Virus genome (UHGV): UHGV-0179428
Strand: one strand, 5' to 3'
From: a virus
DNA: 64,000 bases
In this document: one piece after another, positions 46,772-55,084 of the stretch
Position numbering within the stretch: the stretch's first letter is position 1
Layout of the letters: each line of letters begins with the position of its first letter
The notes under the pieces: generated by a model
Database searches by the model: none
What the model was told of the DNA's origin: nothing
What the model saw: the letters and a program-made list of their open reading frames with translations, nothing else
Made by a program: the position numbers and the translations under genes

Positions 46772-47519
46772 TCATGAACCCCTTTGTTTTTATCCAATAT
46801 AAGCAATTTGTACCAACCTGAACTGGTTCGATCCTATCGAGTTCTTCCATCAAAGCCAGATAAGTCTGCCAAACGATTTGACGTTCGAGGAAAAATGATG
46901 TTGTGCCATTAGACCTAACACAAGCACGTACCAGGTGCTCGGTTTGTGAAAACTGAATATTAACGTTGTTCAGGACACGTTGAATAGTATCAGAATCGTA
47001 ATGCGCGAAACGATCTTTGTATACCAGAACCATCTCTATAGGCGTGGAGCCATCATTGACTGAAAAAGGTTCGTCAATACGAATAAGGTTATTCCGGTGA
47101 GGTACCCCATCATAACCGAGCGTATAGACATCCATACCTTCCCCTGGGTTACAGTCGAAATACTCCAGAAGTTTATCAGCGTTTTTCTCCGCTGAACGTT
47201 TAAAGTAAACAATATAAACGCCATGACTAACCTTCTCAACTTCGTATACTTTTTCGGAGAGTGCCCTGAAGATTGCCATGATGTTTAATCTTCCTTTGTC
47301 TTTAGCAACATAACTCGCAACCAAACACGTCGCGTTGCCATGAAGAACATCGTCAATGAACTCTTTTGCACGTTTTAATTCTTCCTCGTTAAAACCACCG
47401 ATAGTGAGCTCATTTCCACAAAACTGATAAGCGAGGTGCGAAGTAACGTTTTTCAGGAAACTCGTAATGATGTGCGAGTATGCCCAAAGACTGCTATTTT
47501 TAAACTCAACAGTTTTCAT
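46743..47519 (-). CDS. hypothetical protein
   Basis: ORF track; AAAAGGAAGATAAA-ATG. Confidence 0.7.
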   Translation of the reverse strand: MKTVEFKNSSLWAYSHIITSFLKNVTSHLAYQFCGNELTIGGFNEEELKRAKEFIDDVLHGNATCLVASYVAKDKGRLNIMAIFRALSEKVYEVEKVSHGVYIVYFKRSAEKNADKLLEYFDCNPGEGMDVYTLGYDGVPHRNNLIRIDEPFSVNDGSTPIEMVLVYKDRFAHYDSDTIQRVLNNVNIQFSQTEHLVRACVRSNGTTSFFLERQIVWQTYLALMEELDRIEPVQVGTNCLYWIKTKGFMNENTQFRFA

Positions 47520-47574
47520 TTTTATCTTCCTTTTTAGTTTTTACATGTCGAAGTGATAATGAGTTGATTTATGC

Positions 47575-48069
47575 TTAGAGATGTTTTCCGATAACTTCCG
47601 AAACTAATTCGTAAAGGTCATCGTCACTGCACAAGTCTACACTAATCCCAATGTCGATGCTACGGCTGCGGAATCCCACTTTCACCACTTTACCGAGTTC
47701 GGTTTGTAGGGCTTTATAGAGTCTATTCTTATCTTCTTCAGTGAGAGGAACGGGTAGCCTAACGGTGAACTTGTAATGTTCTTTCGAAACAAGCTCGTTG
47801 GAATAATTAAGTCGTTTGGCTACTTGCGTTCCGACAATCTGTGTTACCAGCTTAAACATTTCTTCGTCACTATACGGTGTTGCGCCATAACCGATATCAA
47901 TAGAATTTCTACGGAAACCTGCGCAGAACAAAGCACCGAACTGCTCACGGAATTCTTTGTGTAGAATATCTTTTTCTACATCCAACAACCCGTAACCCAA
48001 GTCAACAGTGAATTTGTATTTTTCTTTGTCAACTAATTCGTTAGTGTAATCAAGTCTAGTGAAGTTCAT
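47575..48069 (-). CDS. hypothetical protein with internal tandem duplication
   Basis: ORF track; two about 80-aa repeats (NELVxKExYKFTV...GFRxxSIDIG...DxxLxxLV); preceded by conserved leader module. Confidence 0.7.
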   Translation of the reverse strand: MNFTRLDYTNELVDKEKYKFTVDLGYGLLDVEKDILHKEFREQFGALFCAGFRRNSIDIGYGATPYSDEEMFKLVTQIVGTQVAKRLNYSNELVSKEHYKFTVRLPVPLTEEDKNRLYKALQTELGKVVKVGFRSRSIDIGISVDLCSDDDLYELVSEVIGKHL

Positions 48070-48074
48070 GGTAT

Positions 48075-48150
48075 ATTCTCCTAAAATGGTTTTCGTTAAG
48101 TGAGAGCTTTTGTACTCTCACTTAAGTAATATATATCTGAAATTATTTTT
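48075..48150 (-). promoter_or_regulatory. conserved promoter-like motif plus 5' leader hairpin (copy 2)
   Basis: Near-identical copy of the 10980-11050 block upstream of an unrelated gene. Confidence 0.5.
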
Positions 48151-48151
48151 A

Positions 48152-48433
48152 TTAAAAACCCGCAATAAAACTGCCTAGCGAGACACGCTGTAGGTATTTT
48201 GGCTTGCGAGCCAGGTAACAGTTCTTAGGATCACCTATTGCCATCTGCGCAACTGCACGTTCTAAACGCGGTGCTTCTAAGATGGCGCGATAGTTCCCTT
48301 CGTAATGCATTAACCACGCACATTCTTCAACGAAACGTTTTGCTTCTCGGTATTCTAATGTACGGATTAACTTCTTACCCCGGTACTGTTTTACATCACC
48401 GTTTTGACAAAATACAATAGTTTCACGCTTCAT
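48152..48433 (-). CDS. hypothetical protein
   Basis: ORF track. Confidence 0.55.
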   Translation of the reverse strand: MKRETIVFCQNGDVKQYRGKKLIRTLEYREAKRFVEECAWLMHYEGNYRAILEAPRLERAVAQMAIGDPKNCYLARKPKYLQRVSLGSFIAGF

Positions 48434-48731
48434 TGATAATCTCCCAATTCGCTCTTATAATCTCACGTTTACAGTCTTCAATATCTTTACGGTAAAACGA
48501 CGTTTTTTCTTTTAATAGTTTTAATATCTCCTCTTTAGGCAATTTCCCCTCACAACCCAATTCAGCAATAGCACAAACGAGAACAGTCAAATATTCTACT
48601 GAACCAGTTTTCGCACGGTATTCAGAGATAAGTTCTTGTTGTGTTTCAACTGTTTCTTCTAATAGCTTGATAAATTCTTCGTGCTTTGTGCACTCTTTGC
48701 ATTTTCCGAAACCTAGCAATTTAAAAACCAC
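48423..48731 (-). CDS. hypothetical protein
   Basis: ORF track 48423-48770; GTG at 48731 after GAGGAGGT. Confidence 0.5.
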   Translation of the reverse strand: MVFKLLGFGKCKECTKHEEFIKLLEETVETQQELISEYRAKTGSVEYLTVLVCAIAELGCEGKLPKEEILKLLKEKTSFYRKDIEDCKREIIRANWEIINEA

Positions 48732-49032
48732 TGTTACCTCCTCTGGCAATCCAGGTCGCCACACGCACATGGGCGTCCTGAAAGGATGAGATCAGTAAGA
48801 TCACACCACCTAACGTACGAGGTACGCGTAAGGCTTCGAAACGTCGGCAGTAAGAGCGTACGCAATACTCGGAACCTAAGATAGCGATTTCGCAGTATTC
48901 TGAACGAATAGGCAGTAGTTGAGAAACGAGTTTATCGCACGTTTCTTTGTTGTCTTCTAGTAACCCGCCACTGAGAATATAATTGACAATGTTCTCAGGT
49001 GCCGATGTGTTCGCGATTTTATTTTCCATCAT
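48721..49032 (-). CDS. hypothetical protein
   Basis: ORF track 48721-49107; ATG at 49032 after AGGAG, TAATG overlap with upstream gene stop. Confidence 0.5.
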   Translation of the reverse strand: MMENKIANTSAPENIVNYILSGGLLEDNKETCDKLVSQLLPIRSEYCEIAILGSEYCVRSYCRRFEALRVPRTLGGVILLISSFQDAHVRVATWIARGGNSGF

Positions 49033-49430
49033 TAAACTCCTATTGTGATCTCCGTAATGTGCATTCTTCGCATCTCGCGGATCATTCTGTCCATTGCTCG
49101 TTGACACTCGAATAAATTGTCGTAGTATTTCTGGGCGGTAACATTGAATAAAACTCGACCATCTTTCAATTGTTTAGCAGCGACTCTTATAGTTTCCGAT
49201 TCAAACAACCGACCGCCACCCCTACCAACCTTAACCATAACGTCACGAATAGTAACGTTTATAAGTTCACCGTTAGGGGAAGTCACAACCTCCGTATACC
49301 AGTCGCCTTCTTTAACGACATATTGTACCCTTTTACCGCACAGCCAGTTTTTAACTTTCTCGTTAACAAACAGTTGGGCTTTTAATGACAAACGCCTTTT
49401 TAAGTAAACTAAACGTATCATGTAAATCAC
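49032..49430 (-). CDS. hypothetical protein
   Basis: ORF track. Confidence 0.6.
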   Translation of the reverse strand: MIYMIRLVYLKRRLSLKAQLFVNEKVKNWLCGKRVQYVVKEGDWYTEVVTSPNGELINVTIRDVMVKVGRGGGRLFESETIRVAAKQLKDGRVLFNVTAQKYYDNLFECQRAMDRMIREMRRMHITEITIGV

Positions 49431-49464
49431 CTTATCTCCCTCGGTATTCCCGAGGGAGAGATAA

Positions 49465-49746
49465 TCACAGTTTCTCTTCTATTGTATCTAATCGAACTAG
49501 CGCATCGTGACTGACTTTACGTGCGTGTCCAATCGTACTACCTAAAGCTTTTGTTGTTGGGTCTAAGGTATTCAGACGGTGATACTGGTAATCGATATCT
49601 CGTATACAACGCGCCTGTTGTTTTACCATCCGAATTAATTGTCGTTTGGTTTGACGATTGTTACTAAGCTCCTGCCGTAATCGTGTGTTTTCTTTATAAA
49701 GCTCCTGTTGACGTGAGTTAATTAAACCCAACAACCAATCTAACAT
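49465..49746 (-). CDS. hypothetical coiled-coil protein
   Basis: ORF track; Q/R/L-rich heptad-like N-terminal half. Confidence 0.6.
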   Translation of the reverse strand: MLDWLLGLINSRQQELYKENTRLRQELSNNRQTKRQLIRMVKQQARCIRDIDYQYHRLNTLDPTTKALGSTIGHARKVSHDALVRLDTIEEKL

Positions 49747-49748
49747 TT

Positions 49749-50264
49749 TTACCCCCGGTGCAAGAAAATACGGTTAGTGTTTTCGAATTTCGGTTCTGTC
49801 CACTCCAGTTCCCAGTAAGCCTGGTTAATATCGCGAGACGTGAGTTTCAAATTCGAAACGCCGGGGATGTCGATCTGCTGCAGTAAATTAATAATCGTCA
49901 CCAGCTCTTTACGAGGACGGTTCCAGATAACTTCAAGATATTCCTTTAGGCGTTCTGGGTAAGCGACAGGACGAATATAAACTAACCCAGAAGGATACTC
50001 AATTGCTGAGGGTGTTCTTGGCACTAACCAAACCCAGTCTTTTAATAGCGGTCCTGGGTGATAGTTAGAGAGTTGAGTAAGCGCGTTTGCGACCGAACAA
50101 CAACGGAAGTAGGTGATATCCCAATCGTGTTCATGGCAATTTCGCGCAACGATAACTTTTAAACGGTCAATAGGTTTACCGTCGATGGTCGTAACGCCAG
50201 GTTGATTCGCCAGAATCTGACGTTCACGTTTAGTATAAAGATTCATGTTAATATTTACTGACAT
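49749..50264 (-). CDS. hypothetical protein
   Basis: ORF track; ACCTAAAGGAGCATTAA-ATG. Confidence 0.75.
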   Translation of the reverse strand: MSVNINMNLYTKRERQILANQPGVTTIDGKPIDRLKVIVARNCHEHDWDITYFRCCSVANALTQLSNYHPGPLLKDWVWLVPRTPSAIEYPSGLVYIRPVAYPERLKEYLEVIWNRPRKELVTIINLLQQIDIPGVSNLKLTSRDINQAYWELEWTEPKFENTNRIFLHRG

Positions 50265-50307
50265 TTAATGCTCCTTTAGGTAAATGGTGGGGGTAGTTAA
50301 TGCTTCG

Positions 50308-51135
50308 TTATTTAATATTCTGAATTTCTCTCATCTCGTTACAAAACTTATCAAACAGCTGGCCGTATACACACTCTCCAAAAAAGTGGTGTGCAAAGCG
50401 CTGTCTGATTTCCTTTTCGTATTTCTCGAGAACGTGTTTAAAAGATTCACTGTCTCTCTTAATTTTCTTCGCATGGGTTTCCAAAGTTTTAAGAAGTCGT
50501 GGTTCGTTTTTGATCAGGAGATGCAAGTCACCTTTAAGATATCTGCTTTGATAAATCATTATTTTGGCGAGCTTGTGTTCACCTTTCACAACACTGATAA
50601 GCTCATCAGCACCGGCTTCTGTAATGTTTTCAACGGTAAATAGCAGAATATTTTCACCCTCTATATCTTTCAATAATTGATTTATACTAGCGCGATAAGC
50701 AGTATATTCATAGCTCACTTTAAGCATGTTGTCTTCAATCACATACGTGAATTTATCGCCGAAAAAATGGTATAGTATTGGTCCAATTTTATCTGCTTGT
50801 TTGGGGGTAAGTGGGAACTCCTTTGTGTAGTAAGCGACGTCTTTCGTAGTTGGCTTGTCCTTTAACCCACAAGTCGACTGTTCTGGTAATTCTGGATCTT
50901 TAGACACCTCAACAGACCGTACTAAAATATCCGTAATCGCACTAATGAGTTTGTTAGGAAAATCGACATCACCTTCTACCCAGAAAATGTTAAATGATTC
51001 CGATTTAACTTTATAGTAAAAGGTGTACGCTTTTTGTAGCTCAGCAATTTCCTTAATTTGTTCTTCAGTAGGGATAGGGGAGATCTTAAATCGGCTGATG
51101 ACTTTTTCTTCTTCGGTGAGTTCGAACTGTAACAT
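50308..51135 (-). CDS. hypothetical protein
   Basis: ORF track; AAGGAAC RBS. Confidence 0.7.
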   Translation of the reverse strand: MLQFELTEEEKVISRFKISPIPTEEQIKEIAELQKAYTFYYKVKSESFNIFWVEGDVDFPNKLISAITDILVRSVEVSKDPELPEQSTCGLKDKPTTKDVAYYTKEFPLTPKQADKIGPILYHFFGDKFTYVIEDNMLKVSYEYTAYRASINQLLKDIEGENILLFTVENITEAGADELISVVKGEHKLAKIMIYQSRYLKGDLHLLIKNEPRLLKTLETHAKKIKRDSESFKHVLEKYEKEIRQRFAHHFFGECVYGQLFDKFCNEMREIQNIK

Positions 51136-51146
51136 GTTATAGTTCC

Positions 51147-51590
51147 TTAAATCATACCTGGGAATTCGAAATCGATTTTATCTAAAAGTTTGTAGTCTTC
51201 TTTTAGCTGAAGCATTAGCGTATTCTTAAACAGTTCAAGCGAACCGATAAAGTAAGCCGTATAGCAGCTACCAAGAACAGAAGAGGAAAGACCCAAGTCT
51301 CTTAAACATTGTTTCAAGATTTCATGTTCTTCAGCGGTACCGAAAAGTTGGAAATTGATAACGGTAATCTGTTTATTAATGATTGCCGATAACCATTCTT
51401 TAATTCTTCTCGTGGTTATACGTTCTTTGAAATCACTAGCTTCTGGCAACCAGGTAATGTGAACGAACGGTGCATCGTAATCCACGAGAACTTTCTGCTG
51501 CCAACGTACTTGCATCAAACCACGAATACGGTTTGCTAACGTTTCAGAATCACAAAGCAACATAATGCCATTAGTAGTATTTGGTTTCAT
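51147..51590 (-). CDS. hypothetical protein
   Basis: ORF track; AAGGAAGGG RBS; ATGA overlap with upstream gene. Confidence 0.7.
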   Translation of the reverse strand: MKPNTTNGIMLLCDSETLANRIRGLMQVRWQQKVLVDYDAPFVHITWLPEASDFKERITTRRIKEWLSAIINKQITVINFQLFGTAEEHEILKQCLRDLGLSSSVLGSCYTAYFIGSLELFKNTLMLQLKEDYKLLDKIDFEFPGMI

Positions 51591-52438
51591 AATTGCCCTT
51601 CCTTCTTAATGTAATCTTCAACCAACTTATCAAACACGATTTTTATCTTCTCGCGTTCTTTTTCACCCAATTCACCGGAACAGGTTAGTCCATTTATCTT
51701 TCCGTACCGTAATTCCAACACATATTTCAACCGATGACGTAAGGCTTGTTCAAAATGTGTCGGGATATAGATCGGTTCGAAGTTGTGCAATAAAGTAAAA
51801 TTGTCTTCGGTGTGTTTAGGGGGTTCGAATTTTACTCTATCTAAGATAGTAAGCCAGCGTTGTCTGTCGACTAGCCGATCGTCCCAATAAACAGGTTTTG
51901 TTTTAGAGGGGGTAAGTGTATTGTAGTTACTGGAATCGGAGATACGGAAATTTGCTGTGACGTAAGTCTTCGTGAGTAACGAGAGAAGACAAATCGTTCC
52001 TTCTTCGGAGTAACTTAAACCCTCGTCGAGTACGTCTTTAGCTTTCTTGAAGTAGTCTTCAATATAGTCTTCAGCAATTGGTTGAATCTCTACTTCTATA
52101 GCGCTAATTTGGGGCCCGTCTATCCGTAAAGGAAATTTTAGTTCAGCAATATATTGCCTATCCGATGTATAAGCGCGTGTAATAATAGGGTAAGTAACAG
52201 GCTTAGCCAAATGACGATATTCACCAACCCTAATGACTGCGGAACGTCCAAAGTCACCTTTATTCGATTTTGAAAAACCGTAAAGGTCTTTTAGATACTC
52301 CAAATACTGGTCATCAGTCATTTCGTCGGTATTAAATTCACGAATGTAAAGTCGATTAAAAGATCCCTTTGTTTGTTCGTAGTAATAACCGGGGTCCCTA
52401 TTTGCTAGAATGTGCGGGAGATAATACGGGTGATACAT
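51587..52438 (-). CDS. hypothetical protein
   Basis: ORF track; CCTAAAGGAGGATTAG-ATG; preceded by promoter-like motif. Confidence 0.75.
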   Translation of the reverse strand: MYHPYYLPHILANRDPGYYYEQTKGSFNRLYIREFNTDEMTDDQYLEYLKDLYGFSKSNKGDFGRSAVIRVGEYRHLAKPVTYPIITRAYTSDRQYIAELKFPLRIDGPQISAIEVEIQPIAEDYIEDYFKKAKDVLDEGLSYSEEGTICLLSLLTKTYVTANFRISDSSNYNTLTPSKTKPVYWDDRLVDRQRWLTILDRVKFEPPKHTEDNFTLLHNFEPIYIPTHFEQALRHRLKYVLELRYGKINGLTCSGELGEKEREKIKIVFDKLVEDYIKKEGQL

Positions 52439-52461
52439 CTAATCCTCCTTTAGGCTATAAC

Positions 52462-52512
52462 TAATGGAGTGAACGTAAATTTCACTCTCCCCTAGGTAAT
52501 ATATATCTGAGA
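52462..52512 (-). promoter_or_regulatory. conserved promoter-like motif plus hairpin (copy 3)
   Basis: CCTAGGTAATATATATCTGAG with adjacent GAGTGAA...TTCACTC hairpin upstream of 51587-52438. Confidence 0.4.
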
Positions 52513-52552
52513 AAAAATAAAAAAGGTAGTAGGGGCTAAGCCCCTACTACCT
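52512..52552 (-). terminator. rho-independent terminator (strong 12-bp stem)
   Basis: GGTAGTAGGGGC-taa-GCCCCTACTACC hairpin flanked by A/T runs. Confidence 0.7.
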
Positions 52553-52557
52553 AAAAA

Positions 52558-53178
52558 TTACTTCATTCCGTTCTGAGAAAGTGTTGTCCCTGCAAGATGT
52601 TTAATAACGATCTTAACAGGTAAATTACCATTCTCGTACTGTACTTCGGTTTCAGACAAATCGTCGATATTGATAACTTTAGAGGGTACCTTCGCTAAAA
52701 CAACACGAATGGTGTGGGTTATTGTACTGGCTGTAGTTTTTGTATTACTAACGTAGAAATACGCATCAATAATACTACCATCCGCTGCCAGGTAAACCAA
52801 TTTATTTTCCAACAGGCACTGGCTATAAATTGACACTCCTGATAATTGCGAAACACCCAGCCTGTTGTTAACGTCAACCGTTGTTTTGCAGATTACCGCA
52901 CCACCCGTCAACGTTTTTTCTACTACCATATTTCCCGATAAGGTTTTTGCATCTATTTTTGGTACTACCGGATGAGCACCATTAACAAATAACCCATCGT
53001 TATTAGACTTAAGGATGTTATTCGCCGACGGACTCACTGTAACCTCAGTACCCCCTAATTTCTCAATCGGGAGTTGGTATTCAGTTTGTTCCTTAGACGC
53101 TAAGACTACTACACCCGTGACGTCTTCTGAAAGTGTCGGCAGTTCGTGAACGCGTACCTTTCCTACCAGTTCAGTCAT
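52558..53178 (-). CDS. short fibre-like protein sharing N-terminal module with the 1479-aa fibre
   Basis: ORF track; GGAGG RBS; N-terminal VRVHELPTLSEDVTGVVVLASKEQTEYQLPIEKL parallels fibre N-terminus IRLHDLRPYTGDIGEGVLLFSKDEKDYKLPVREI. Confidence 0.7.
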   Translation of the reverse strand: MTELVGKVRVHELPTLSEDVTGVVVLASKEQTEYQLPIEKLGGTEVTVSPSANNILKSNNDGLFVNGAHPVVPKIDAKTLSGNMVVEKTLTGGAVICKTTVDVNNRLGVSQLSGVSIYSQCLLENKLVYLAADGSIIDAYFYVSNTKTTASTITHTIRVVLAKVPSKVINIDDLSETEVQYENGNLPVKIVIKHLAGTTLSQNGMK

Positions 53179-53693
53179 TGGCGACCTCCGAATGTTAAGG
53201 CACGGTTATCTGCAGTGACGATTAAATCGTTGTCTTTTACTACAGCGGCTTCTTCGTCGTTACCGAAAACCAGAACGGAGAATTGACCTTTATAACCTAA
53301 CGAGTTGGGTGAAACCTGTAATGTTACAGTGTCTCTCCCTACGGTAAATGGTTCGTCGGTAAGATCTTCGGCTTGTAAATTGCAACCACAAGCCGCGTTA
53401 ATTCCGTCGATTAGATCGTGTGCGGTAAAGCCATTACCGAAAACCTTTACCAGAATAGGCTGCTGGTTTAACCACCGCTCTGCGGTTAAACGGTTGTAAT
53501 AGATCTGTAACGTTCTGTTGCCAGGACGTTTGATCTTTACAACAGCGGTAGTATCACGATCCATTTCATCGCTGATCTTTACTTCGCTGATTTCAACCTC
53601 ATTCTCTTGCAGATTGAGCTGAAGGTCGTGGTTGATCAGCGAAATAACCATGTTAGGTGAGGTTAGCGACAAATCTGGCACGAATTGTCCCAT
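53175..53693 (-). CDS. paralog-family protein (VPDLSL...LINHD N-terminus)
   Basis: ORF track 53175-53735; ATG at 53693 preferred from alignment with 59725-60291; ATGA overlap with downstream gene. Confidence 0.6.
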   Translation of the reverse strand: MGQFVPDLSLTSPNMVISLINHDLQLNLQENEVEISEVKISDEMDRDTTAVVKIKRPGNRTLQIYYNRLTAERWLNQQPILVKVFGNGFTAHDLIDGINAACGCNLQAEDLTDEPFTVGRDTVTLQVSPNSLGYKGQFSVLVFGNDEEAAVVKDNDLIVTADNRALTFGGRQ

Positions 53694-53781
53694 AAGCTTA
53701 CTCTCTACGGTTGGGGGATAAAATGATTCTAGCAATATTTTATCCCCGATTATATTTTCAAGCGCATTCAGTTGAAAATAA

Positions 53782-54285
53782 TTAGCTAATTCTCAAATCA
53801 CGCAGCGCGCCTGTTGATTTCATCACGTTTTGGAACGCAGCGCTGATGTTATTAGTCCAGTAATAATGCTGTCCGTTAATAACCTGCTGATAGGTCAGCG
53901 CGCAGGTGTTGCCACCTAAATTTACGGTAATGTTAGAGCCTCTGCCTCCTTGTAAGTAAACCGCTAAAGTAGGCTTTGCGTTGGCAACTATCGTTGTTAA
54001 CTGTAACTCAATACCTACTAAAGTTCCCACCCCGCAGTTACCCGCGTTTTGAATGGTTCCCTGATTTTTCTGGTTTAACGGCCAGCTTGGTCCTACTGCG
54101 CCCCATTTCTTACCTAAAGAATCGCTATATGCAGCGGTTGCAATTTTACAGCCCATAGATCGTCCCACCATTTGACTCATCATAAAAGGTCTACCCAATC
54201 CTAATTTACTACCAGCGGCGCTCATCCATTGTTCGCCCGTTTCGTTCTTGGCCGAAGAACCGACCCATCCAGATGCTACCCCCAT
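53782..54285 (-). CDS. Gly-rich protein (short paralog)
   Basis: ORF track; N-terminal GVASGWVGSSAKNE...EQWMS parallels 54302-55084. Confidence 0.65.
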   Translation of the reverse strand: MGVASGWVGSSAKNETGEQWMSAAGSKLGLGRPFMMSQMVGRSMGCKIATAAYSDSLGKKWGAVGPSWPLNQKNQGTIQNAGNCGVGTLVGIELQLTTIVANAKPTLAVYLQGGRGSNITVNLGGNTCALTYQQVINGQHYYWTNNISAAFQNVMKSTGALRDLRIS

Positions 54286-54301
54286 CTACCCTCTTTTTTA
54301 A

Positions 54302-55084
54302 TTAAACACGTGAACCGTATATTGCACCTACTGCGTCCCATCTTGGCGCATTACCAGTAACAGCTTTACCAGCTGCTCCGCCGTTATATTCTGTACCGTT
54401 ACCTTGAGTATTACATCTTCCTCCAGCAGCACCGACATTACCACCCGAACCGCCTGTATATGCACTAAGAGACCCCTCACCAACAGATCCTCTACCAGGA
54501 GCGGAAATAGTACCAGCAGCTGCACCGGAACTCATATGAGAGGAAGACCCACCAGCACCGAATGGGCGACCACCGCCACCACCAAATATTAGTCTACCCC
54601 TGTTACCGCCACCACCGCCGCCACCGCCTCCGGCAATAGCGCCACGGTTGGTTATACGCAGTCTGTTTCCTATTCCGTTCTGTATTGCGGTTCCACCTGC
54701 ACCGCCTGGTGAGTTAGAACCGCCGTTGCCTCCTCTGCCGTATACTGTAACCCCAGGATTGATGATGAGGGTAATATACGAATTTGGAAGATTGCTAGGG
54801 AATTCTAAACAAGGAACCGTGCTACTATGGGACACTAAATCCCCCGTAATAGTCACAACGACAGCAGTAGAGCCTAAAGAACGTAAATAGTTAATAAGCG
54901 TATCTTTATTGTAATTGTGATTAGCCCCGATCGAATACTGAACCTCTTTTGATTTTCCCGCCAATTGCGACATCCAGCCTGGAACCGGCACACCAAGTGT
55001 GCGCATCGCGCCAGACATCCATTCGTTACCAGCTTCAGCTTTTGCTGAAGAACCAATCCAACCACCTACGCCGACAACTGCCAT
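54302..55084 (-). CDS. Gly-rich protein with poly-Gly tract
   Basis: ORF track; start ATG overlaps fibre stop (TAATG); GGGGGGGGG and GGxGG runs. Confidence 0.7.
   Translation of the reverse strand: MAVVGVGGWIGSSAKAEAGNEWMSGAMRTLGVPVPGWMSQLAGKSKEVQYSIGANHNYNKDTLINYLRSLGSTAVVVTITGDLVSHSSTVPCLEFPSNLPNSYITLIINPGVTVYGRGGNGGSNSPGGAGGTAIQNGIGNRLRITNRGAIAGGGGGGGGGNRGRLIFGGGGGRPFGAGGSSSHMSSGAAAGTISAPGRGSVGEGSLSAYTGGSGGNVGAAGGRCNTQGNGTEYNGGAAGKAVTGNAPRWDAVGAIYGSRV
54571..54640 (-). repeat. GGN-codon simple repeat encoding poly-glycine
   Basis: ccgccaccaccgccgccaccgcc-type run on plus strand inside the Gly-rich gene. Confidence 0.7.

Noticed and set aside
54571-54640. GC-rich short-period repeat that might be mistaken for a CRISPR-like or VNTR element
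   Set aside because: It is an in-frame GGN codon run encoding poly-Gly within a CDS; no spacer/repeat architecture
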